This document shows positions 36,293-45,259 of a stretch of DNA of 64,000 bases, one piece after another. The number at the start of each line of letters is the position of its first letter. The first letter of the stretch is position 1. The stretch is from Candidatus Ozemobacteraceae bacterium (GTDB lineage: Bacteria > Muiribacteriota > Ozemobacteria > Ozemobacterales > Ozemobacteraceae). The notes under the pieces were generated by a model. The model was given only the letters and a program-made list of their open reading frames with translations, was not told the origin of the DNA and made no database searches. The stretch lies in NCBI GenBank assembly GCA_965140445.1, contig OZ223236.1, forward strand, positions 3,808,001 through 3,872,000. The letters are read 5' to 3'. A program made the translations under genes and the position numbers.

Positions 36293-39088
36293 TTATGGTT
36301 TTCCCTTAACCTGAGGCTTGTCTGAAAATACAGGTTTTCCTACTCCAGGAGCAGCAGAAGCTTCACCTGGTGTTTTGGGGCCGCTACCAGAGATACTTTT
36401 TCCCATCCTGGTCTCAAGTCTTTTCTGGAAATCCTTCTTATCTTCAGCATTTTTCAAGCCATCTTCATAGGTAATTTTTTTCGCAATTACCAGATCTTCG
36501 AGACACTGGTCCATGGTCAACATTCCATCAGCTCTACTGGTCTGCATGATAGAAATGATTTGATCAATTTTGTCTTCCTTGATACATCTTCTGACCGGGA
36601 CAGAACCAACCAACACTTCATAGGCCATTATTCGGCCAGAAGTTAAATAGGCAGGAATCAATCTCTGTGAAACAATCCCGCGCAAAGTACCAGCCAGCTG
36701 CATTCTTATTGACTGTTGAACGTCACCAGGAAAGCTTCCCACCACCCTATGAATAGACTCGTAAGCATTTATCGTATGGAGAGTTGAGAAAACCAGATGC
36801 CCCGTTTCGGAGGCTGCAATAGCAAGATTCATAGTATCAAGGTCACGCATTTCTCCAACCAGAATTACGTCTGGATCTTCACGCAAAGCACTTCTCAAAG
36901 CATTTGAAAACGAAAGAGTATTTGTACCGAGCTCACGCTGGGTAATAACGCTCCTCTTATGAGGATGAACAAATTCAATTGGGTCTTCAATAGTTATCAG
37001 ATGATCATATCTGGTTCGATTAATGTGATCAATCATCGCTGCAAGAGTTGTGGATTTACCAGAACCTGTAGCACCGGTCACAAGAATCAATCCAGATTTA
37101 TGATTACAAACTTTCTCCATGATAGATTTATCAAGAGATAGTTGATCAAACGAAGGAACAGTATTTGGAATAATTCTGAATACTCCAGCCATGCCGTTCT
37201 TTTGCATAAATACGTTTACGCGAAATCGGGCACAATCCGCGACTTCATATGAGAAATCCAGCTCCATGGTTTCATTAAATTCTCTCTTCTGCGGATCATT
37301 CATTATCGAAAAGAGCAAAAACCGACTCTTCTCAGGAGTGATCGTTTCAAAAGTAGTTCTAATCAACTCACCATGTATACGAATACTCGGCGGCAAACCA
37401 ATACTGATATGTAAATCCGAGCCACCCTCTTCATGCAGGTAATAAAGGAGTTCTTTTAAATCGGCAATGTTTTCTTTGTTATATTTTCTTCTAAGAACCC
37501 TGGTTTCAACATTTTCGGGTTTTAACTCTTCAAGAGTTATTTTTTCGAGCTTCAGCACTGAATCAAGCTGATCTTCAGACAACTTTGAAACAAGGCTTAT
37601 CATTCGATCCCGCTCAACATCAGTTGATGAATCGTAAAGATTAATGAAAGATGGAATCCCCACATAATCTCTTCGCTTAAGAATCTCTCTCGACCACCAG
37701 GAGATATCTGAATCCTTATCAAGAGTTGCCGCAACAAGGTCTTTCAGGAAGGCTTTCCTCGGTTGTTTGGAAAGGTTTTCGACTATTGTATGCCTGATCG
37801 ACAGATCTTTATCATTTAGCTTAAGAAGTAAAAGTCCTGCTATAAGCTCAAACTTCTGCAACTTTGAGATTGCTTCAATTGCGCAAGTTCTTACCAGGGT
37901 TTTTCTGGAATTGTCGATTAAAAACAATAAAGGCCGAAGCGCTTCCTTGGAACCGATAATACCTATTACCTTAAGGACCTGAATAATTAAATCTTCATCC
38001 TCAGTATCCAGACAGGACAATAGAGGATCAACAGCATGTACCCCCAGCTGAGAAAGAATTTTCTGGGTGTAGTCCTGAATAAAGACAGATTCATCCTTTA
38101 AATAAGGAATTAAATATGCTACAACCTTCGGCTCTCGAACCTCTGATAGCGCAGTTAAAAGAAAATATTTTGTTTCCTGGGTTGGTTGTCCAAACTTTTC
38201 TTCAAAAAGCTTAACAACATCTAACTCTAAGATTCGACCAAGAAGTATCATTAAACACATCTTGGTTTCCTGTTTAGCTGTTGGGAAAATAGCGAGCAAA
38301 TATTTAACCAGGTCTCTTCCCCAATTGGCAAGCGACTTGGTAGCTTCTTCTCTTACAACCAGAGATTCGTCATCCAATAAAGCCAACAAAGTCTTCATAG
38401 AAGCCTCTGTCTTGATTTCGCCTAGCCCTGCGCAAATGTATGGTCGTAAATTCCCGGCCTTTGTATCGGCTTCTATCATTCTTTGAAATAATGTAAAAGC
38501 CTTTTCCCGGAGTATTAAGGGAATAATTTTTATACATTCATATTTTTGCTGACTTGAGCAATTCATGAAGTATTCTTGAATAATGTTATAAATGCTATCG
38601 CCCTGCTCAATTAAAGCCCTTTTAGCCTGCTTTCTAACAATCCAGCTTGGGTCAGAAATTTTTCCAAGGAGAGCAAGAATTATTTTCTTGTCAGGGTTCC
38701 TTGCCAGTGCTTCAAGAGCGATCTTACGAATCTCATCATTTTCCCTGCTATTTAAAATAGAAAGAAGCTCTTCCTGTTTAATAAAACCAAGTTCAATAAG
38801 AATAAAATGAGACCAGAAACGGACTGTCATGTCATTAGACAGTCGCAAAGCAGGCAAAACATCCTTTAAAACCGTTGGGTAGTTAATAACGGTTTGGACC
38901 GCCTTCTTTTGAATGCTTTCAAATTTTGAAGACAGGGCAATTGGAAGGATATTGGAAATGATTTTTCTTTGTTTTTCTGAAGTCTGAGATTCAAGCAGTG
39001 ACCCGAATTTATCAAGAGCCTGCTCATTATCAAGAAAGTCATGACTACGTAGTTTGTCTTGGAGGCTTAAAAGGATTTCCTCAATCAT
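36293..39088 (-). CDS. pilT: HEAT-repeat protein fused to C-terminal PilT-type ATPase
   Basis: About 500 aa of HEAT repeats, then SDLHISIG, RFRVNVF, GATGSGKSTT, TIEDPIE, ALREDPDVILVGEMRD, ETGHLVFSTLHT, GMLTMDQ. Confidence 0.9.
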   Translation of the reverse strand: MIEEILLSLQDKLRSHDFLDNEQALDKFGSLLESQTSEKQRKIISNILPIALSSKFESIQKKAVQTVINYPTVLKDVLPALRLSNDMTVRFWSHFILIELGFIKQEELLSILNSRENDEIRKIALEALARNPDKKIILALLGKISDPSWIVRKQAKRALIEQGDSIYNIIQEYFMNCSSQQKYECIKIIPLILREKAFTLFQRMIEADTKAGNLRPYICAGLGEIKTEASMKTLLALLDDESLVVREEATKSLANWGRDLVKYLLAIFPTAKQETKMCLMILLGRILELDVVKLFEEKFGQPTQETKYFLLTALSEVREPKVVAYLIPYLKDESVFIQDYTQKILSQLGVHAVDPLLSCLDTEDEDLIIQVLKVIGIIGSKEALRPLLFLIDNSRKTLVRTCAIEAISKLQKFELIAGLLLLKLNDKDLSIRHTIVENLSKQPRKAFLKDLVAATLDKDSDISWWSREILKRRDYVGIPSFINLYDSSTDVERDRMISLVSKLSEDQLDSVLKLEKITLEELKPENVETRVLRRKYNKENIADLKELLYYLHEEGGSDLHISIGLPPSIRIHGELIRTTFETITPEKSRFLLFSIMNDPQKREFNETMELDFSYEVADCARFRVNVFMQKNGMAGVFRIIPNTVPSFDQLSLDKSIMEKVCNHKSGLILVTGATGSGKSTTLAAMIDHINRTRYDHLITIEDPIEFVHPHKRSVITQRELGTNTLSFSNALRSALREDPDVILVGEMRDLDTMNLAIAASETGHLVFSTLHTINAYESIHRVVGSFPGDVQQSIRMQLAGTLRGIVSQRLIPAYLTSGRIMAYEVLVGSVPVRRCIKEDKIDQIISIMQTSRADGMLTMDQCLEDLVIAKKITYEDGLKNAEDKKDFQKRLETRMGKSISGSGPKTPGEASAAPGVGKPVFSDKPQVKGKP

Positions 39089-39213
39089 ATTTTGCTTCTT
39101 TCATGCATTTTGCCTTAAATTATAACAATAATACGTAAAAAGTAAATGATTTGAACCAGAAGAATTTTGTCACAGAACAATTCTTGATAACTTAATTGCT
39201 TAAAAGTAGCTTT

Positions 39214-39927
39214 TTAAGGAGAAATCACAGGCAAGCCCGGTGTTTTTAGCAATGTTTTATTGGTGGTTAGAAAAGATAATGCGCCTCTCTCTAATGTACA
39301 GGAGTAATTCTGAGCAGGAAGATCACCTATGCCTTTAGGTAGTTCAAGTCCCCTTAGCATTGCAGCTTCATTAAAAGGGGCCAACTCAAAAACTCCGTCC
39401 ATAAGCAAAAATTCCCTGACCGATTCAAACTTCTTTCCGCTTTTGCCAACTCTTCGCAAAACCCAGTTACACAAAGGAACTGAAATAATCAGCCCACTTG
39501 CCTGCCTGACCATCCTGAATACTCTTTCTGCACCAGGCGAATCAGCAAGCCATATAAGTAGCGGTTCAGTATCAAGGCCTAATAAATCTTCCACTAAATC
39601 GCTTGAACTTGTAGAAGATAAGGTTTCCTCCAGTTTTAAAATTCCTTTCAGCATCCCTCTGCCACTAATGAATCTATCTCTCCAGTATGGAGAGCGTTCG
39701 CCCATTCGTTCTGAATAAATTGGGCCTCTCCTGTGGTTGAGCCATTCAAAAACCTCGTCTTTTAAAAAGACCGTTTTTCTCCCTGCGTGTCGGGCAAGCC
39801 TTGCGAATTCAGGACGATGATTTGGCGAGCTTGGAGAAATCCATGCTTGAACCGTATGCCTTGAAACCTTTAAAAGCTCAGAAATCTCTTTTAAAGTGAT
39901 TAAATTGTTGAAACTATTTTTTTCCAT
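39214..39927 (-). CDS. Excisionase-like HTH fused to degenerate PIN-like domain
   Basis: LITLKEISELLKVSRHTVQAWI...GRKTVFLKDEVFEWL (HTH_17/AlpA-like); LGLDTEPLL...IISVP...PFNE...GD...FLTTN (PIN-like). Confidence 0.65.
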   Translation of the reverse strand: MEKNSFNNLITLKEISELLKVSRHTVQAWISPSSPNHRPEFARLARHAGRKTVFLKDEVFEWLNHRRGPIYSERMGERSPYWRDRFISGRGMLKGILKLEETLSSTSSSDLVEDLLGLDTEPLLIWLADSPGAERVFRMVRQASGLIISVPLCNWVLRRVGKSGKKFESVREFLLMDGVFELAPFNEAAMLRGLELPKGIGDLPAQNYSCTLERGALSFLTTNKTLLKTPGLPVISP

Positions 39928-40158
39928 TTTAACTTTTTAATTCCTATTCAATATGTAACAATATTTTATAAGTTTTTGCAACATGTTTTTAAAACAGCTG
40001 CCAAAGCGGATTTCAAGAGCTTCTCCTTTTATTGCTAAACCAGACTATAATTGAAACTTAAGCGCACCTTCACTCCTTATCACATGATTTAAAGACGGTT
40101 TCACAGATTTTTCAACTCTAAATGCTTTTCAGTACTGGCATAAGCGGTCCCTTTTTTC

Positions 40159-40187
40159 TTGACGTAAAAGCAAATTTCCATTAAAAT
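40159..40187 (+). promoter_or_regulatory. Sigma70 promoter of rpsB-tsf operon
   Basis: TTGACG-17 bp-TAAAAT. Confidence 0.65.
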
Positions 40188-40231
40188 AACCGAACTAACT
40201 TAAATCAGGAATTTTTTTCGGAGGTTTTCCC

Positions 40232-41038
40232 ATGGCTTTGGTTTCAATGAAAAACTTGCTGGAAGCTGGTGTACATTTCGGACATCAGACTAGAAGATGG
40301 AATCCTAAAATGGCTCGTTACATCTTCACCAGCCGCAACGGAATTTATATTATCGATCTTCAGAAAACTACCAAGCTCCTTGATGAAGCTTGTGACTTTA
40401 TTAAAAGCGTAGTAAGAGAAGGAAAATCAATCCTTTTCGTGAGCACTAAAAGACAGGCTCAGGAAATTATTAAAAGCGAAGCTGAACGCTGTGGAATGCA
40501 TTTTGTAAACTACAGATGGCTTGGTGGAATGCTTACAAACCACGTTACAATTGAAAAAAGAATTGTACGCCTCAAAGAATTGGATGAACTTATTGATAGC
40601 GGTAAGATCGAATCTTATCCTAAAAAAGAAGCTTCCAAAATGAAAAAAGAACGCGAAAAACTTGATCGTGCTCTTGGTGGAATCAAAAACCTTAAAGGTA
40701 TGCCTGGCGCGATTTTTATCATCGATCCACACAAAGAAGCAATCGCTATTGCTGAAGCCAAAAAAGTTGGAATCCCAATAGTAGCTGTTGTTGATACAAA
40801 CTGTGATCCTGATGAAATAGATTATGTTATCCCTGGAAACGATGATGCTATCAGAGCAGTTAAACTTGTTACCAGCCTCATTTCAGACTCAATTCTTGAA
40901 TCACTCGAAGGAAAATCTTTCGAAGATACAAAAGCTGAAGCTGATGATAAAGCTGAATTAGAAGCTGCTGTTGAAGAAGTAACTCCAGAAAAGAAAGAAA
41001 TTGCAGAAAACGAAACTGAAAAGCTCGTTATTGAATAA
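40232..41038 (+). CDS. rpsB: 30S ribosomal protein S2
   Basis: [42 protein letters not shown]. Confidence 0.99.
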   Translation: MALVSMKNLLEAGVHFGHQTRRWNPKMARYIFTSRNGIYIIDLQKTTKLLDEACDFIKSVVREGKSILFVSTKRQAQEIIKSEAERCGMHFVNYRWLGGMLTNHVTIEKRIVRLKELDELIDSGKIESYPKKEASKMKKEREKLDRALGGIKNLKGMPGAIFIIDPHKEAIAIAEAKKVGIPIVAVVDTNCDPDEIDYVIPGNDDAIRAVKLVTSLISDSILESLEGKSFEDTKAEADDKAELEAAVEEVTPEKKEIAENETEKLVIE

Positions 41039-41077
41039 TAATATTTGAATATTTGACATATTCGAAAGGTGGAAACT

Positions 41078-42019
41078 ATGCAGATTACCGCTCAAATGGT
41101 TAAAGAATTACGCGAAAAAACTGGCGCTGGCATGATGAAATGCAAAGATGCCCTTAAAGATTGTAACGGAAACTTCGAAGAAGCTGTTGATTTTCTTCGC
41201 AAAAAAGGTCTCGCTTCTGCGGACAAACGCTCTGGAAGATCAACTTCAGAAGGTCTCGTAGTTCCATTGATATCTGACGACCGCAGAACTGCTGTTATGT
41301 TTGAACTCAATTGTGAAACAGACTTCGTTGCAAGAAATGAAGGCTTTATTGAATTCGCTAACAAACTAGCCAAAATGGTAATGGACAGCAATTCCATCAA
41401 CACAGTTGAAGAACTTGAAGCAGCAACCCTCGATGGCGACACCGTAGAAGCTGCAAGAAAGATCATCATCGCTAATATGGGCGAAAACATCACTATCGGA
41501 AGACTTGAAAAGCTTGCAATCGCAGATGGCAAGTTTGGTGCATTTGATTCTTACATCCATGATGGTGGAAGAATTGGTGTTCTTGTAAAAGTTACTGCCG
41601 AAACTGATGCAGCTGCTAAAAGCGAAGACACAATCAACTATGCTCATGAAGTAGCTCTCCAGGCTGCTGCTATGAAACCTCTTTACACTAATAACAGCGA
41701 AGTTCCAACTGAAACTCTCGCTCGTGAAAAAGATGTAATCATGGGTCAGATCAAAAACGATCCTAAGAATGCCAATAAACCTGAAGAAATCGTTAACAAG
41801 ATTGTTGAAGGCAGACTTAACAAATATTTCAAAGATATTTGTCTTATGGATCAGGCTTATGTAAAAGATGATTCCAAAACCATCAGATCTTTTGGCGAAG
41901 ACATTTCTAAAAAAGTTGGAGCCAAAGTTGAAGTTGAAACCTTCAGAAGATGGGGACTTGGTGAAGCACCTCAGGGTGAAGAAGCTCCCGCAGAAGCATC
42001 AGCAGAAGCCGCTGGTTAA
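41078..42019 (+). CDS. tsf: Translation elongation factor Ts
   Basis: VKELREKTGAGMMKCK, ELNCETDFVARN, YIH, KIVEGRL. Confidence 0.99.
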   Translation: MQITAQMVKELREKTGAGMMKCKDALKDCNGNFEEAVDFLRKKGLASADKRSGRSTSEGLVVPLISDDRRTAVMFELNCETDFVARNEGFIEFANKLAKMVMDSNSINTVEELEAATLDGDTVEAARKIIIANMGENITIGRLEKLAIADGKFGAFDSYIHDGGRIGVLVKVTAETDAAAKSEDTINYAHEVALQAAAMKPLYTNNSEVPTETLAREKDVIMGQIKNDPKNANKPEEIVNKIVEGRLNKYFKDICLMDQAYVKDDSKTIRSFGEDISKKVGAKVEVETFRRWGLGEAPQGEEAPAEASAEAAG

Positions 42020-42069
42020 TCAGGTGGTTCTGTGAAACCATCTCCGAAAAAACAAGTAATAGACAATTA

Positions 42070-42100
42070 GTAGAGACGCCCGATTTTCGGGCGTCTCTAC
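42070..42100. other. Perfect GC-rich hairpin between tsf and pyrH
   Basis: GTAGAGACGCCCGA-TTT-TCGGGCGTCTCTAC; no U-tract, so more likely an mRNA stability/processing element than a terminator. Confidence 0.55.
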
Positions 42101-42121
42101 GGCTGTCTGAAAGAAAGCAAA

Positions 42122-42853
42122 ATGACAGAAACAAATGTTAGTATCAAATTCAAACGACCGCTTCTTAAATTAAGTGGTGAAATGCTTGGTGGAAGCTCTG
42201 GGCAAGGGTTTGATCGAATTGTTCTAGAAAGATTTGCGCAAGAAGTAATTGAACTTGTAAAAGCTGGAATTGTCCCAGGAATAGTTATAGGTGGAGGAAA
42301 CTTCTTCAGAGGTGCAAGAACCTCATTACCAGCATTGAGAAGACACAAAGGCGACTCAATCGGAATGCTTGCAACTGTAATGAACGCAATTTGTTTTGCC
42401 GAACATCTGGAATCAGAAGGGGTAAAAACAAGTGTATTTTCCGCAGTTCCAATGCCCCCACTTTGTGATGGCTACCAGATAGATAAAGTTCAGGCAGCAT
42501 TTAACGAAGGTAAAGTCTGCCTCTTTTCATGCGGCACGGGAAATCCTTACTTCAGCACTGATTCAGCTGCTGCTTTGAGAGCAATAGAAAACGGATGCGA
42601 TGTTCTGATTAAAGGAACCAAAGTTGACGGAGTTTATGACTCCGATCCGGTAAAAAATCCAGATGCCAGAAAATTTGATTCCATTACTTTCCGCGAAGTT
42701 CTTAACAAAAAACTTGGTGTAATGGATCTGGTGGCTATAACTCTTTGCAGGGACAACAAAATGCCTTTAAAAGTTCTTTCTCTAAATGAGAAAGGCAATT
42801 TATATAAAGCCTGTGTTGGTGAAAACATAGGCACAAACGTGATTGAAAGCTAA
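42122..42853 (+). CDS. pyrH: Uridylate kinase
   Basis: LLKLSGE, IGGGNFFRG, GMLATVMN, GNPYFSTDSAAALRA, DGVYDSDP. Confidence 0.98.
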   Translation: MTETNVSIKFKRPLLKLSGEMLGGSSGQGFDRIVLERFAQEVIELVKAGIVPGIVIGGGNFFRGARTSLPALRRHKGDSIGMLATVMNAICFAEHLESEGVKTSVFSAVPMPPLCDGYQIDKVQAAFNEGKVCLFSCGTGNPYFSTDSAAALRAIENGCDVLIKGTKVDGVYDSDPVKNPDARKFDSITFREVLNKKLGVMDLVAITLCRDNKMPLKVLSLNEKGNLYKACVGENIGTNVIES

Positions 42854-42870
42854 CAGGAGGAATTAATTTC

Positions 42871-43431
42871 ATGTCTGTTGAAAACGTATACAAAGACGCT
42901 CAAAACAAAATGACCCAATCGGTTGAAGTATTAAAAAAAGAATATTCTACAATGAGGACATCCCGGGCAACTCCTTCGCTTCTCAGTAGAATAACTGTTC
43001 TCCAATACGGACAGGAAACTCCACTGCAACATGTGGCATCAGTTTCAGCTCCAGACCCAAAAATGCTCGTTATCCAGCCCTGGGACAAAACATTGCTTGG
43101 TGAAATTGAAAAAGCCATTCAAAAATCTGACCTTGGTCTCAACCCACAAAACGATGGCAATTTTATCAGACTCCCAATTCCACCGCTCACCGAAGAACGA
43201 AGAAATGACCTTGTAAAACAAGCCAAGAAAAAAGCTGAAGATTACAGAGTCGCGGTAAGAAACGTTCGCAGAGATGCAAATGACACCTTAAAAGCTCTTG
43301 AGAAAAAAGGTGAAATTACTCAAGATGACATCAAAAAAGGCCTGGAAAGAATTCAGAAATTGACTGATGAATATGTTGAACAAATCAATAAGGTTCTTGA
43401 GTCAAAAGAAAACGAAATCTCTGGTCGTTAG
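42871..43431 (+). CDS. frr: Ribosome recycling factor
   Basis: RTSRATPSLL, IQPWD, LGLNPQNDG, PPLTEERR, VRNVRRDA. Confidence 0.98.
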   Translation: MSVENVYKDAQNKMTQSVEVLKKEYSTMRTSRATPSLLSRITVLQYGQETPLQHVASVSAPDPKMLVIQPWDKTLLGEIEKAIQKSDLGLNPQNDGNFIRLPIPPLTEERRNDLVKQAKKKAEDYRVAVRNVRRDANDTLKALEKKGEITQDDIKKGLERIQKLTDEYVEQINKVLESKENEISGR

Positions 43432-43447
43432 TTTCAGGAAGTAATAT

Positions 43448-43624
43448 ATGTACAGAATTACAGAAGAATGTGTATCATGTGGAACCTGTCATCCTCTGTG
43501 CCCATCAAAAGCCATCAAAATTGGCTTTCCGTATGTTATTACCAGCAAATGTGTCAGCTGCGGTAAATGCGCTGAGGTTTGTCCTGTCGATGCAATCGTT
43601 AAGGTTGAAGAAGAAATAAAATAG
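43448..43624 (+). CDS. 2[4Fe-4S] ferredoxin (58 aa, missing from ORF track)
   Basis: Manual translation MYRITEECVSCGTCHPLCPSKAIKIGFPYVITSKCVSCGKCAEVCPVDAIVKVEEEIK; two CxxCxxCxxxCP motifs; AGGA RBS. Confidence 0.92.
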   Translation: MYRITEECVSCGTCHPLCPSKAIKIGFPYVITSKCVSCGKCAEVCPVDAIVKVEEEIK

Positions 43625-43696
43625 TATTTTTTATAGATTCCGGAGCTGAACAGTATTTCTGGGCAGCTCCGGCACTATAGAAAGTTTAGAGTAAAC

Positions 43697-44455
43697 ATGA
43701 CAAAAAACCGTGCCGAATTGAAAGAAAAGCTTCTCAAAGAACTGGACTTTGACAATATTCCCGCCCACATTGGAATTATCATGGACGGAAATGGCCGATG
43801 GGCCAAGTCCAAAGGAAAAACCAGAATACATGGACATCAGGAAGGCGCGAGACGCGTAAAATCTGTTGTCAGATTTGCAGATGACATTGGCGTAAAACAC
43901 ATAAGCCTTTATGCTTTCTCTGTTGAAAACTGGGCTCGCCCAAGTTTTGAAGTTTCTGCTTTAATGAGATTGATAAAAGCTTATATTGTCAGAGAACGCG
44001 AAGAGCTTCATTCAGAAGGCGTTAGATTCAGAATGATTGGAAGGCGCTCAGACCTTGCGCCTGAAATTATTAAAGAAGCTGAAATTTCTACCCGTTTGAT
44101 GGAAAACAACCCGGGACTTTCGCTTAACCTTTGTATCAATTACGGCGGTAGGGCTGAAGTTGTAGATGCTGTTAAAGAAATAGTTGTCAAAGGAATTCCA
44201 GCTGAAGATATTACCGAAGAACTTATACAGAAACACCTTTATCAACCAGATCTTCCCGACGTGGATCTGGTCGTGAGAACCAGTGGAGAAATGCGCACCA
44301 GCAACTTCCATTTATGGCGAGCTGCTTATGCAGAGTTATATTTCACCCCAATTCTCTGGCCTGAGTTTGATGAAGTTGAACTTTTAAACGCCATACTTTG
44401 GTATCAAAATAGAGAAAGGCGCTTTGGTTTGATAAGCGAGCAGATAAAATCTTGA
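43697..44455 (+). CDS. uppS: Undecaprenyl diphosphate synthase (cis-prenyltransferase)
   Basis: HIGIIMDGNGRWA, YAFSVENWARP, NYGGR, RTSGEMRTSNF, RERRFG. Confidence 0.97.
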   Translation: MTKNRAELKEKLLKELDFDNIPAHIGIIMDGNGRWAKSKGKTRIHGHQEGARRVKSVVRFADDIGVKHISLYAFSVENWARPSFEVSALMRLIKAYIVREREELHSEGVRFRMIGRRSDLAPEIIKEAEISTRLMENNPGLSLNLCINYGGRAEVVDAVKEIVVKGIPAEDITEELIQKHLYQPDLPDVDLVVRTSGEMRTSNFHLWRAAYAELYFTPILWPEFDEVELLNAILWYQNRERRFGLISEQIKS

Positions 44456-45240
44456 AAAAGCTATTAGCACGAATCCCGGTTATATTAATAGGTATTCCAG
44501 CAGTTTATGGAATTCTTGTAGCTGCAGGTGAAATACCCAGATTAATTTTCTTTATTATTATTTCGTTAATAGGGCAATTTGAACTAATTTCTATCCTTTC
44601 ACCAGAAAAGTCATATAAACCTTTCCTGGAATGGATTGCAGGAATAGCAATTCTTGTTTCAACTCACTTTTTTTCAGCCCAGGGTTTACTCATATCCTTT
44701 GCGATCTCTATTACTGCAATAATGATTTTAACAGTCCTGCGAGGACTTCAGGGCGATGGAACCAGAAGGTTTTCAAATGCAATTTTCAGCATTTTCTATC
44801 TTCCATTTTGCCTTTCTTTTTTCCTGATGATTGGAATGAAAAGCGGAGGCCTGCTTCTCTTTTCAATACTAGCATCAATTTGGGCATTAGACATAGGTGC
44901 ATATGTCTTTGGAATGAGCATTAGAGGACCAAAATTTGCTCCAAAAATTAGTCCAAATAAAACTATTTCCGGCGCAATCGGAGGAATGATATCTACTTTG
45001 GTATTTTTCTTTCTTCTCCACAAATATGGACTTTTAAAAATAGAAGCCCAGAAACTAATCCTGATCGCCCTATCTGTATCAACTGTTGGACAGATAGCTG
45101 ATCTTTTCGAGTCTGTCTTGAAGCGGGAAAGCGATGTAAAGGATTCCGGTGGCCTCCTTGGTGCTCACGGAGGAATTCTTGATCGTATTGACAGTGTTCT
45201 ATTTCTAGGCCCGATATGCTATTCTTTATTAACTTACTAA
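44452..45240 (+). CDS. cdsA: Phosphatidate cytidylyltransferase
   Basis: DIGAYVFG, ISPNKT, DLFESVLKR, KDSG, HGGILDRIDS. Confidence 0.95.
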   Translation: MKKLLARIPVILIGIPAVYGILVAAGEIPRLIFFIIISLIGQFELISILSPEKSYKPFLEWIAGIAILVSTHFFSAQGLLISFAISITAIMILTVLRGLQGDGTRRFSNAIFSIFYLPFCLSFFLMIGMKSGGLLLFSILASIWALDIGAYVFGMSIRGPKFAPKISPNKTISGAIGGMISTLVFFFLLHKYGLLKIEAQKLILIALSVSTVGQIADLFESVLKRESDVKDSGGLLGAHGGILDRIDSVLFLGPICYSLLTY

Positions 45241-45259
45241 GTCTCTGAAAGGTTTGCCG

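Noticed and set aside
40190..40231. rpsB autoregulatory leader RNA
   Set aside because: Predicted leader is only ~40 nt with no recognisable structure
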